NCBI GenBank assembly: GCA_022729915.1
Contig: DZBP01000001.1
Coordinates: 1,831 to 65,830, forward strand
DNA: 64,000 nt
Direction: 5' to 3'
Source: Draconibacterium orientale
Lineage (GTDB): Bacteria; Bacteroidota; Bacteroidia; Bacteroidales; JAIFNL01
Under the pieces are notes generated by a model, which did not search any database, was not told the origin of the DNA, and saw nothing but the letters and a program-made list of their open reading frames with translations. A program made the position numbers and the translations under genes. The first letter of the stretch is position 1; the number at the start of each line of letters is the position of its first letter. Below, piece by piece: positions 45,863 through 55,172 of this stretch.

Positions 45863-45894
45863 AAAAAAAGCACCTTAAAAAAAATTAAGGTGCT
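45863..45894 (-). terminator. intrinsic terminator after the 120-aa thioredoxin gene
   Basis: 10-bp stem AGCACCTTAA / TTAAGGTGCT, flanked by an A-run (T-run on the minus strand). It separates the two thioredoxin genes. Confidence 0.75.
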
Positions 45895-45940
45895 TTTTTG
45901 TAAAACTTATAAAATGTCGTTTTTATTGTATTTGAAAAGA

Positions 45941-46303
45941 TTATTCTACATTAAAAACGTCTTTAATTGCTCTTTTGAAAGTATCTTTAGGAAGTGCACC
46001 TTGAGCCATTTGTGGTTGTCCTTCTTTTGGCACAAATAATAATGAAGGAATGCTTTGAATGCCAAACATTCCGGCAAGATTGCGCTCTACTTCAGTATCG
46101 ATTTTGTAAATATTTACTTTTCCGGCATATTCTACTGAAAGCTCATCTAAAATAGGAGCTACCATTTTGCAAGGCTGACACCAATCAGCGTAAAAGTCAA
46201 TAATACAAGGCATTTCACCTTCAAATTTCCACTCTTTATTTTCTTCGTAATTGAATACTTTTGATTTAAATGTTTCTTCGTTTAAGAACTCAACTTTTGC
46301 CAT
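45941..46303 (-). CDS. thioredoxin (cytoplasmic, variant WCQPC active site)
   Basis: 120 aa. DFYADWCQPCK. The C-terminal half is nearly collinear with the neighbouring exported paralog (GQPQMAQGALPK in both). Confidence 0.88.
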   Translation of the reverse strand: MAKVEFLNEETFKSKVFNYEENKEWKFEGEMPCIIDFYADWCQPCKMVAPILDELSVEYAGKVNIYKIDTEVERNLAGMFGIQSIPSLLFVPKEGQPQMAQGALPKDTFKRAIKDVFNVE

Positions 46304-46532
46304 TTTTTTATTTATTTTAGTTATTTAGAAATAATTATTTGAAATTTTGGCTCGCTGAGCCTTAAATTGCATTTGCTAAACGTAAACAAAGTATATACCA
46401 AAATAAAATTCTTTTAAAAACTTTATTTTTTTCAGTAATTTTTGTAATTTTGGCACGTGATTTAGACAAATTAACATATTTAGATATTTAAAACTGACAA
46501 AATAGCATTTTTTATATTGAATTGCAAATAAA

Positions 46533-47930
46533 ATGAGGGTTGATTTAAAGGACGAAATATTTAAAATTATAGGTCAAATAGTAACTGACAACAAGCTTGA
46601 AGCTTATGTTATAGGTGGTTATGTTAGAGATTTGTTGCTTGGCAGAGCTTCAAAAGATATTGACATAGTAGTAATTGGTAGTGGAATTGAATTGGCAGAA
46701 AAGGTGGCTACCAAACTTGGACACAACATTGGCGTGAATGTTTTTAGAAATTTTGGCACAGCTATGTTAAATTTCGATGGCATTGATATTGAGTTTGTTG
46801 GTGCTAGAAAAGAATCCTACAATCGGAATTCGCGCAAGCCTATGGTCGAAAATGGCAGCTTACACGATGACCAAAATCGACGCGATTTTACTATTAATGC
46901 CTTGGCTATCAGTTTGCATTTCAATAATTTTGGCGAATTGCTCGACCCTTTTGGTGGACTTAAAGCATTGGAAGAGAAAAGAATAGAAACTCCTTTAAAC
47001 CCCGACATTACATATTCTGACGACCCTTTGAGAATGTTTCGTGCCATTCGTTTTGCTACAAAATTGAATTTTACAATCGAAGAAAAGTCATTTGAAGCCA
47101 TTAGACGCAACAAAGAGCGTGTCGAAATTCTCTCAAAAGAGCGAATTGCCGACGAATTGTTCAAAATTATTGCTGTTGAAAAGCCTTCGCGTGGTTTTTA
47201 TTTGCTCGACGAAGCCGGATTGCTCGAAATTATTTTGCCCGAACTTACAAATTTGAAAGGTTTTGAAGTAATTAATGGCATTGCATACAAAGATAATTTT
47301 ATTCATACCTTGCAAGTTTTAGACAATATTAGCTTGAATACCAATGATATATGGCTTCGCTGGGCTGCCGTTTTTCACGATATAGGAAAACCTTCAAGTA
47401 AGCGTTTTGTGGGCAATGCGTGGACTTTTCATTCGCACGATTTTATTGGCGAAAAAATGTTGCCCATAATTTTTGAAAGGCTCAAATTTCCGCTTCACGA
47501 TAAATTGCGACTTGTTAAAAAGCTGGTTCGCTTGCATTTACGACCGATTGTACTTGCCGAAAAGCAAGTAACCGATTCAGCAGTAAGGCGTTTGCTTTTC
47601 GATGCCGGAAACGACATCGATGATTTGATGATGCTTGCCGAAGCCGATATAACTTCAAAGAATTACGAAAAAATTTCGAGGTATTTGTCTAATTTTAAAA
47701 TTGTTCGGCAAAAGTTAAAAGAGATTGAAGAAAAAGACGCAATCCGAAATTTTCAACCTCCTATTGATGGGCAAGAAATAATCGAAGCTTTTAATTTAAA
47801 GCCTTCTAAGCAAGTAGGAATTATAAAAGATGCCATAAAAGAAGCCATTCTCGATGGAATTATACCCAACGATAAAATAGCTGCTCGCCAATATATGGTA
47901 TTGAAAGCCAAAGAATTAGGGATTATTTGA
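46533..47930 (+). CDS. cca: CCA-adding tRNA nucleotidyltransferase / poly(A) polymerase-family protein with an HD domain
   Basis: 465 aa. GGYVRDLLLG..KDIDIVV (nucleotidyltransferase motif), RRDFTINALA, and an HD region (HDIGK...H). Confidence 0.82.
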   Translation: MRVDLKDEIFKIIGQIVTDNKLEAYVIGGYVRDLLLGRASKDIDIVVIGSGIELAEKVATKLGHNIGVNVFRNFGTAMLNFDGIDIEFVGARKESYNRNSRKPMVENGSLHDDQNRRDFTINALAISLHFNNFGELLDPFGGLKALEEKRIETPLNPDITYSDDPLRMFRAIRFATKLNFTIEEKSFEAIRRNKERVEILSKERIADELFKIIAVEKPSRGFYLLDEAGLLEIILPELTNLKGFEVINGIAYKDNFIHTLQVLDNISLNTNDIWLRWAAVFHDIGKPSSKRFVGNAWTFHSHDFIGEKMLPIIFERLKFPLHDKLRLVKKLVRLHLRPIVLAEKQVTDSAVRRLLFDAGNDIDDLMMLAEADITSKNYEKISRYLSNFKIVRQKLKEIEEKDAIRNFQPPIDGQEIIEAFNLKPSKQVGIIKDAIKEAILDGIIPNDKIAARQYMVLKAKELGII

Positions 47931-48275
47931 TTCGTTTGAATTGCCTGTTTGATTTGTACTTTGGTTTTGTATTTTTTCTATTTCAGCGAGCCAATTTTTT
48001 TTGTCGTCTAAGAAAAAAAGCTCCATACTTACGCCGTTGTAAATGGTCATGGCATTTTTTATTAAACCCAAAACACTGAATGATTTGCACTTAAAACTAC
48101 TGTTAAAAGGAAAATCCAACTGATAAGTCTTAAATTCGGAATCGTTCGATTTGAAAAAAACTCTTTTTTCGGTAAGATATAAAATTCCACCTGCTAAACC
48201 GTTCGATTTCAAGTTACTAACGTAGGCTTGTTTTACTATTTTCTCTTCTATTTTGGCTGTATCTACACGAAACAT
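47916..48275 (-). CDS. hypothetical protein, possibly GRAM/bacterial PH-like
   Basis: 119 aa. GGILYLTEKRVFFKS resembles GRAM/PH-like openers. The 3' end overlaps the cca stop by 15 nt. Weak call. Confidence 0.35.
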   Translation of the reverse strand: MFRVDTAKIEEKIVKQAYVSNLKSNGLAGGILYLTEKRVFFKSNDSEFKTYQLDFPFNSSFKCKSFSVLGLIKNAMTIYNGVSMELFFLDDKKNWLAEIEKIQNQSTNQTGNSNESNNP

Positions 48276-48526
48276 TTTCTACTTTTTTATTTGTAATTGA
48301 ATTTACAAAAATAAAAAAAATGCGTTTGTTTGCAATTTTTTATGAAATTTTTAAGTAAAATGAATAATTATAATTAAATTAAAGAAAAATTTTATATTTT
48401 TGTTTCTAAAATAAGTGAACTTAAAATCAGTTCAAGTGTGGCATTTTAATATCAAAATAAATATCAAAACTAAAATATTTAGTCGTAATTTTCAAAAGAA
48501 ATACTATATTTTTTATTTTTAATTAA

Positions 48527-49327
48527 ATGAACAAAACTCACAATAAAACAGTTGTTTGGGTTACAGGAGCTTCTTCTGGAATAGGCAAAGGGCTTGTGAT
48601 AGAGTATTTTAGCAAAGGCTTTACAATTGTTGCTTCTGCACGCAACGAAAAAACGTTGCTCGATTTACGCACGGAATTGAACGGCAATGAACAAAATTTT
48701 ATCGTTGCACCCTTCGATTTAGCTCAAACTGAAAACATCAAGCAATTGGTTGAAAAAGTGATTAATCAAGTGCAACATGTTGATATTTTGATAAATGTGG
48801 GTGGACAAAGCCAGCGTTCGTTAGCATCGGAAACAAAAATGGACGTTTACAAACAAATAATGGAGGTTAACTTTTTTGGAACAGTTGCCTTAACCAATGC
48901 CATTTTGCCTTACATCATAAAACAAGGTGGAGGTAAAATTTCTGCTACAAGTAGTATTGTTGGTAAATTTGGATTTCCTTTACGCTCTGCATATTCGGCA
49001 GCAAAGCACGCTTTGCACGGATATTTAGAAACAGTACGTGCTGAAAATGTGAATAATAACATCAAGGTAAGCGTAATTATTCCTGGTAGAATAAATACCA
49101 ATATTTCAGTAAATGCTCTCACAAAAGAAGGGAATATTTACGGTAAAATGGACGAAGGGCAAGCCAATGGAATGAGTGTAGAAAAAGCTGCTTCGATTAT
49201 TTATAAAGGTATAGAAAAGAATAAAAACGAAATTTTAGTTGGCGGAAAAGAGCTACTAATGGTTCATTTTAGACGATTTTTGCCCTTTTTGGCATATCGC
49301 ATGGCAGCAAAAGTTAAAGCAACTTAA
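48527..49327 (+). CDS. short-chain dehydrogenase/reductase (SDR) family oxidoreductase
   Basis: 266 aa. VTGASSGIGKG cofactor motif and the catalytic YSAAK. Confidence 0.88.
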   Translation: MNKTHNKTVVWVTGASSGIGKGLVIEYFSKGFTIVASARNEKTLLDLRTELNGNEQNFIVAPFDLAQTENIKQLVEKVINQVQHVDILINVGGQSQRSLASETKMDVYKQIMEVNFFGTVALTNAILPYIIKQGGGKISATSSIVGKFGFPLRSAYSAAKHALHGYLETVRAENVNNNIKVSVIIPGRINTNISVNALTKEGNIYGKMDEGQANGMSVEKAASIIYKGIEKNKNEILVGGKELLMVHFRRFLPFLAYRMAAKVKAT

Positions 49328-49584
49328 CGAATTAAGAATTTTTAAATCTTTAAGCAATAAAAAATTCATTTTAAAAACAAAATTAGGTTTGCTTGCTAAG
49401 TTTTGAGAAGTTAAAAAATTTAATTTTGTAATTTTAAAAAAAAATAATAATTTTACAAAAAAATTACAACTGTTTGATTTTTGATATTCAGATATTTATA
49501 TAAAAAAATTGAACTTTGAGTAGATAATAAAAATGCTTTGCACTTAATTTTTGTACTAAATAATAAAAACTACATATTTGAAAA

Positions 49585-50646
49585 ATGGGAAAAATAATAA
49601 TAAGTGGCATTCAACAAATAGGTATTGGCGTACCCAATGTAAAAGAGGCTTTTACATGGTATAGAAGAAAATTTGGCATGGACGTACCAGTTTTTGACGA
49701 TCCCGGAACAGCCGCCGATATGCTTCCATACACTGGCGGAGTGCCGCAAAATCGTCATGCAATTTTGGCAATCAACATGCAAGGCGGAGGTGGTTTCGAA
49801 ATTTGGCAATACACAAGCCGCACTCCACAAGCACCAACATTTGACGTAAAAGCAGGTGATTTAGGCTTTTTTGCTGCCAAAATGAAAGCTCGTGATGTAT
49901 TTGCAGCTTACGATTTTTTCAAAGACAACGAAGTAGAAGTATTAGGAAATTTATCGGAAGCACCCGATGGTTCAATGCACTTTTATGTTAAAGATATTTA
50001 CGGAAATATTTTTGAAATAGTACAAGGTAGTGTTTTTTTCTCAAAAACTGATGCCGTAACTGCCGGACCTAGCGGTTTTGTAGTAGGCGTGAGCGATATC
50101 GACAAATCATTTGAATTTTACAGCCGAATTTTGGGCTACGACAAAGTAGTGTACGACAAAACTGAAGTGTTTGAGGATTTTGCTGTTTTGCCCGGTGGCG
50201 ACAAAAAGTTTCGTCGTGTTTTATTAAAACATTCAGAAGAACGAAAAGGTCCATTTAGCCACATGTTTGGTCCTACACAAGTAGAATTAGTTCAAGTTTT
50301 AGATAGAAAACCACAAAAAATTTACGAAAATAGATTTTGGGGCGATTTAGGATTTATCCATATTTGTTTTGATGTAATAGGCATGAAAGAGCTTAAAAAA
50401 CAATGCGCTTTGCTTGGACATCCTTTCACAACAGGCTCTGGAGATAGTTTTGACATGGGCGAAGCTGCCGGAGAATTTGCTTACATCGAAGACCCAGACG
50501 GCTCATTGATTGAATTTGTAGAAACACACAAAGTGCCGATTGCTAAAAAACTAAACTGGTATTTGAATCTCAAAAAAAGAGATGCCGAAAAACCACTTCC
50601 TAATTGGATGATTAAAGCATTGGCTTTGAATAGAGTAAAAGATTAG
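49585..50646 (+). CDS. two-domain VOC (glyoxalase/bleomycin-resistance/dioxygenase fold) family protein
   Basis: 353 aa. Two repeats of a VOC-like module (GIGVPNVKEAFTWY... and VGVSDIDKSFEFYSRILG...; DPDGSLIEF). By eye its GC content looks higher than its neighbours. Confidence 0.6.
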   Translation: MGKIIISGIQQIGIGVPNVKEAFTWYRRKFGMDVPVFDDPGTAADMLPYTGGVPQNRHAILAINMQGGGGFEIWQYTSRTPQAPTFDVKAGDLGFFAAKMKARDVFAAYDFFKDNEVEVLGNLSEAPDGSMHFYVKDIYGNIFEIVQGSVFFSKTDAVTAGPSGFVVGVSDIDKSFEFYSRILGYDKVVYDKTEVFEDFAVLPGGDKKFRRVLLKHSEERKGPFSHMFGPTQVELVQVLDRKPQKIYENRFWGDLGFIHICFDVIGMKELKKQCALLGHPFTTGSGDSFDMGEAAGEFAYIEDPDGSLIEFVETHKVPIAKKLNWYLNLKKRDAEKPLPNWMIKALALNRVKD

Positions 50647-50670
50647 AACTTTTAAAATAAATAAAAAGGA

Positions 50671-50707
50671 AATACCGTTTGGCAAGTATTTTTTGCCAAA
50701 TGGTATT
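50671..50707 (+). terminator. strong hairpin after the VOC gene (no clear U-tract)
   Basis: 15-bp stem AATACCGTTTGGCAA / TTGCCAAATGGTATT (one G-T pair) with a 7-nt loop, about 25 nt after the stop. Confidence 0.5.
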
Positions 50708-50790
50708 CAATTGAAATAAGTAATTATCTCAATGTTTGATACTTAACATTAAACATTGCCATTAAATAAATGTGTAAATTTTTTGAATAA

Positions 50791-51987
50791 ATGAACTATA
50801 AATTTTTTTTGAAAAGTATTTTTACTATTGCCTTATTTGCTGCCATTTTTTCTTGCAACGACCTAACGGGTTCCGACAAAAAAGAAAAAAATGAAGACAG
50901 TTTGAAAATTCAAGACGATACCATTAATTTGGCGAACTACGATAGGTATTTTAACGATGTAGCACGATTTTATGCAGGTGTTAAACAAATAGAAGGCAGT
51001 ACTTTACAAGCAACAGATACAAATGCAGCTTGGAAAAGACATCACAACGACTTTACAATTTTTTACGATAGCATAGAAAGAACTTGGTTTCCACCAATTG
51101 TAAAATTCAGAAATAAAGAACTTTACGACGTAAATAAAGAAATAAAAACGTTGTACTATCCTTTTAGCGGTCCAGACTTTGTTCATGCCGATTTATTTTT
51201 TCCAAATGCCGAGAATATTATTATGATTGGTTTGGAAAGAGTTGGCGATGTGCCAAAACTGAGCGATTTGTCCGATGCTCGCATGGATAAATTTTTTAAA
51301 GCGGTAAGAATTTCGCTCGATTCAATCTTCACTTTTGGCTATTTTATGACCAATGACATGAACAAAGATTTCTCAAGAAGTCTTGAATTGCGAGGAATTA
51401 CTCCTATTCTAATGCTTTTTATGAGCAAAGCCGGCTACACAGTGCTTGATGTGGACAAAATAACCCTTGACAAAAAAGGCGAAATTGTTCCAATAACTGA
51501 TAAAACTAAGTGGATTGACCAGCCTTTTGATACCTATATTGCAGGTGTACAGATAAAATATTATAAGCCGGGTAATAATAAAATACGAACTTTATCCTAT
51601 TTCTCACACGATGTTTCGAGCAAAAACATTGCCAAAACTCCTGAATTGATAACTTGGCTTAAAAAACAAGAAATTAATGTAACTTTCTTAAAAGCAGCAT
51701 CTTACTTAATGGGTTCTTTTACCGAAATGCGTGATGTAGCCCTTACAAAAACAAAATATTTGTTTCAGTCTGACTCTGGAATTCCAATTCGTTATCTTCC
51801 TGAAAACCAATGGGAATCTAAATATTATGGCAAATACAAACGCACAATTGGAGTATTTCGCTGGGCATTTCAACCCAAATTAAAAGAAATTTACGACAAG
51901 GGAGTAAATGTAACTCCTTTAGAATTTGGTATTTGCTACGGATTTCGCTACAACGAATCTAACTTGATGCTTGCAAAACGAAAATAA
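50791..51987 (+). CDS. conserved lipoprotein of unknown function (paralog 1)
   Basis: 398 aa. Lipobox AAIFSC. It shares long collinear blocks with the next gene: YDR.YND, YPFSGPDF, FFPNA, GLE.VG, FFKAV, GYFMT, VTFLKAASYLMG, DSGIP, LEFGI.YG and SNLMLAK. Confidence 0.7.
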   Translation: MNYKFFLKSIFTIALFAAIFSCNDLTGSDKKEKNEDSLKIQDDTINLANYDRYFNDVARFYAGVKQIEGSTLQATDTNAAWKRHHNDFTIFYDSIERTWFPPIVKFRNKELYDVNKEIKTLYYPFSGPDFVHADLFFPNAENIIMIGLERVGDVPKLSDLSDARMDKFFKAVRISLDSIFTFGYFMTNDMNKDFSRSLELRGITPILMLFMSKAGYTVLDVDKITLDKKGEIVPITDKTKWIDQPFDTYIAGVQIKYYKPGNNKIRTLSYFSHDVSSKNIAKTPELITWLKKQEINVTFLKAASYLMGSFTEMRDVALTKTKYLFQSDSGIPIRYLPENQWESKYYGKYKRTIGVFRWAFQPKLKEIYDKGVNVTPLEFGICYGFRYNESNLMLAKRK

Positions 51988-52090
51988 GCACAAATGCTTT
52001 TTAATAGAGTAAATATTTTTGCAAACATCTAATTTTAAAATGCTTAGCAAAATAAAAAACGAATTTAATTTTGGCATACAACTTAATTAA
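51986..52090 (+). repeat. Intergenic element family, diverged copy C (terminator hairpin plus promoter between the paralogs)
   Basis: Collinear with copies A and B, with indels. It has hairpin AAGCA-CAAA-TGCTT followed by TTT directly at the paralog-1 stop, then TTTTTGCAAAC, then GCTTAGCAAAAT, and a perfect TAATTTTG (-7) at 52066-52073, about 52 nt upstream of the paralog-2 ATG. Confidence 0.6.
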
Positions 52091-52124
52091 TAAAAAAAGA
52101 AAATAACTAAATTTACAAATCAAA

Positions 52125-53333
52125 ATGAACAAAGCTAATTTGCTGATAATCTTTTTGTTGTATTTTGTTGCTTTGTCTGTATCTTGCACAAATACACAAG
52201 AAAAAGAAAACAAAAACGAGGATTCAACTCTTGTAGAGAAAAAAGAAGGAATAGATTTAACAAAATACGACCGTTTTTACAACGATGCAGTTCGCTTGTT
52301 GGCTGGGTTACCTGCTGAAGAAGGAAGTCAGTTAATGAATTTGGATACCAATAAGTTATGGAAAGAGCATCAAGAAAAATTTGGCAGTTTTTTTGAAAAT
52401 ATTTTGGCTGAAAAATACCCTAAAGTATATGAATTTCAAAAAGAAAATTTAAAAGAAGCAAACGACAGTTTGAATACACTTTTTTATCCATTTAGTGGTC
52501 CTGATTTTATTTATTCAAATATTTTCTTCCCTAATGCTAAAAAGACAATTATGCTTGGCTTAGAACCCGTTGGTAATATTCCTAACCCACAAGAAATGAA
52601 AGATTCTGAGCAAGTTATCAAGTTTTTTAAAGCTGTTGATATTGCAATGGATTCTGTTTTTCGATTGGGATATTTTATGACTTTTGAAATGGGACGTGAT
52701 TTTAACCGAGTAGTTGAGTTAAATGGCACAATGCCAATTATTTGCATCTTCATGGCACAAACCGGACATAGAATATTGAATATTGAGCGTTTAGCAATAA
52801 ATGACAATGGAGAATTGGTAAGCGCTGTAAAAGAGAGAGATATAGACAGTCCAAAAGACGATTATGTTTCAGCCGGACGTGTAACCTACATGAAAGAGGG
52901 CGACCTTGAACCACGCGAATTGGTTTACATTTCGCACGATGTTTCAGCAGAGCATTTGAAAACGTCTCCTGGTTTTATGAAGTATTTGAATACACTTGAT
53001 GTTGATGTAACATTCTTAAAAGCAGCATCTTACCTTATGGGCTGGATGGATCACATGCGCAATTTTTCACTTGAAAAATCAGATTATGTTTTCCAAGACG
53101 ATTCCGGAATTCCTTATCATTATTTCGATTCTACAAAATGGGATTTCCAATTTTGGGGAAAATACCAACGTACTTTGAAGGTTTTTAAACCAAATTTTCA
53201 AGCTGATTTGCAAAAAATTTACGCTACACCCAATATGGCAAAACCTCTTGAATTTGGTATTGGTTACGGAATTCGAATCAATCAGTCGAATTTAATGTTG
53301 GCAAAAAAAAATAAGCTGGTAAAAATAATATAA
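52125..53333 (+). CDS. conserved lipoprotein of unknown function (paralog 2)
   Basis: 402 aa. Lipobox LSVSC. It is collinear with 50791-51987 over the full length; I estimate about half of the residues are identical. Confidence 0.7.
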   Translation: MNKANLLIIFLLYFVALSVSCTNTQEKENKNEDSTLVEKKEGIDLTKYDRFYNDAVRLLAGLPAEEGSQLMNLDTNKLWKEHQEKFGSFFENILAEKYPKVYEFQKENLKEANDSLNTLFYPFSGPDFIYSNIFFPNAKKTIMLGLEPVGNIPNPQEMKDSEQVIKFFKAVDIAMDSVFRLGYFMTFEMGRDFNRVVELNGTMPIICIFMAQTGHRILNIERLAINDNGELVSAVKERDIDSPKDDYVSAGRVTYMKEGDLEPRELVYISHDVSAEHLKTSPGFMKYLNTLDVDVTFLKAASYLMGWMDHMRNFSLEKSDYVFQDDSGIPYHYFDSTKWDFQFWGKYQRTLKVFKPNFQADLQKIYATPNMAKPLEFGIGYGIRINQSNLMLAKKNKLVKII

Positions 53334-53405
53334 AGAAATGAGGCTGTTTTTGAAGAGAAAATTCTTTTACGTTTTCAAACTTTTTTCGGATAAAACGCCT
53401 TTTTC

Positions 53406-55091
53406 TTAAAATCTATTGATGTAACCAAAGTGTATTTTTGCATTTCTAAGCTTAATTGGTTGGTCAAGTTGCTTGCCTAATGCATAAATTAAAGAAAAAA
53501 CTCCTGCTTTTGTTTGAAAATTAAATCCACCACCAAAGCCAAAAGGTTTATCAGAGATTGTTTGCGTAAGTTTTTGATTATAAAAAGCTTGATTATAAAA
53601 TACTAAAAAATTTGAGTTTTGTTCAAACAAATATTTTAGCTCCAAATTTATAGTATAAAAACTTGAAACAAAGATACTTTCTTCATCAAAACCTCTTAGC
53701 GTATTCAATCCTCCTAGCCGAAAAAGTTCGTTCAAAAAAAGTTGAGAATTTCTTAAAATACCCGAATAATTTTGAATATGAAAAGTCATTCGCTTAAAAA
53801 AAGGAATGTACGCAGATAGATTACTTTCAAATTTATATTGCAAACTGCTTGATTCTGAATCAATTATTTTTTTTCCACTACTAAAATTACTTTCCCAAAA
53901 TAACCCTTTTCGAGGATTAAAAGTATAATCTAAGTTATTGTAATAGAAGCCTACCCCAAAACTATTTGTCGAAGTTTGAGCATAATTATTTTGCTCAAAG
54001 TTTTTTAATAGACTTGTCGCAACTTTTTGGTAAAAAATTTTCACGTAATTATTTGATTTGTAGTAATATTGAAAACCAATTGTAGCCGATGAATTAAAAA
54101 AAGAAGAATCTTGTAAGCCCAAGTTTAAGCTAGAACTAATTCCGATTGGTATGTTAAAAAGATAAGGATATTGAAAATCGACTTTCATTTTTTGCGACTT
54201 TGCCTGATATTTTTGCCAATTTAGTGAAAAAATATCGGCATGTGAAAGTGTATTTTGCAGATAAATTTGCATATCTCCTGTAAGTGAAAATTGTTCATTC
54301 TCGTTTTCTGGAGGTAAAATTCCTATAATTCCGGAAAATGAATTTGTTGGCTTTTTTTTCAGATACAGATAAACTTTTGCGGCATTTTCTGTAAACTCAA
54401 TATCCGGTTTTTGAGTTAAAATTATAAAAGTAAGAGTATTTATTTTTTTTTCAATTTCGGTAAAGCTTTTTTCTGAAAATGTTTGCTTCTTTTGAATTGA
54501 TAAGTATTGTTGCATAAAACGATTAGAAATCTTAACATTTCCATTGATTATTAGGCTATCGAATTGTATGAAATTATTTTTTTGAATATTAATTATTGCA
54601 TCAATAGTATCTTGCACTTTTACCTCAAATCTTAATTCCGTTTTAGCAAATGGAAAACCATTATTCTCATAATAACTAATAATATTATTTTGTAAATGAG
54701 CTATATTTTGAGCAGAAAAAGGTGTTTTAGTGTATTCTTTTTTATGAAACTTAAAATCTTCAGTTACAGTAGTTGAATTTAATGTTAACTTATTTAAAAT
54801 CAGTTTATTTCCTCTGTAAAAAAAAGCCCTAATGCTAGATGTGTCAAAGTAAACTGAATCAAAATTAGCACTTACAAAACCTTTCGAACGCTCTATTTCA
54901 ACTATTTTATTCAATTCAGATATTGCTGAAATAGAATCAAAGAAAGTTGTTTGGTATTTTTTTTTGTTAAAATGAATTGCCTCTTTTGTTTTTTTATCAA
55001 GAAAAAGAAGCGTGTATTTTTCCTGAGAAAATGTGAATAAAGGAGTTAAACCTATGATTATGAATGCAATAATTAACGTTTTCAATTTCAT
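53406..55091 (-). CDS. Omp85-superfamily (BamA/TamA/TpsB-like) outer-membrane protein
   Basis: 561 aa. Signal peptide, an N-terminal POTRA-like region, and a C-terminal beta-barrel with RGF-like LRGFDE and a terminal aromatic (INRF). Confidence 0.5.
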   Translation of the reverse strand: MKLKTLIIAFIIIGLTPLFTFSQEKYTLLFLDKKTKEAIHFNKKKYQTTFFDSISAISELNKIVEIERSKGFVSANFDSVYFDTSSIRAFFYRGNKLILNKLTLNSTTVTEDFKFHKKEYTKTPFSAQNIAHLQNNIISYYENNGFPFAKTELRFEVKVQDTIDAIINIQKNNFIQFDSLIINGNVKISNRFMQQYLSIQKKQTFSEKSFTEIEKKINTLTFIILTQKPDIEFTENAAKVYLYLKKKPTNSFSGIIGILPPENENEQFSLTGDMQIYLQNTLSHADIFSLNWQKYQAKSQKMKVDFQYPYLFNIPIGISSSLNLGLQDSSFFNSSATIGFQYYYKSNNYVKIFYQKVATSLLKNFEQNNYAQTSTNSFGVGFYYNNLDYTFNPRKGLFWESNFSSGKKIIDSESSSLQYKFESNLSAYIPFFKRMTFHIQNYSGILRNSQLFLNELFRLGGLNTLRGFDEESIFVSSFYTINLELKYLFEQNSNFLVFYNQAFYNQKLTQTISDKPFGFGGGFNFQTKAGVFSLIYALGKQLDQPIKLRNAKIHFGYINRF

Positions 55092-55097
55092 TTCAAT

Positions 55098-55137
55098 AAA
55101 AAAAAAGATACGGTAATTTTTTAAAATTATCGTATCT
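55098..55137 (-). terminator. intrinsic terminator after the coiled-coil protein gene
   Basis: AGATACGGTAATTTT / AAAATTATCGTATCT long stem (one G-T pair), preceded on the plus strand by a 9-A run, which is the U-tract on the minus strand. Confidence 0.7.
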
Positions 55138-55172
55138 ATTTTAAATGACTTATTTAATTGTATTTTAAATAG

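Noticed and set aside
46345-46390. A possible fifth (degenerate) copy of the element upstream of the 120-aa thioredoxin gene.
   Set aside because: Only short blocks match (TTTAGCAAA, CAATTTAA, GGCTCAG). The characteristic 24-nt spacing is not kept (about 13 nt instead). It could be promoter-consensus similarity plus the local GGCTC-GCT-GAGCC hairpin.
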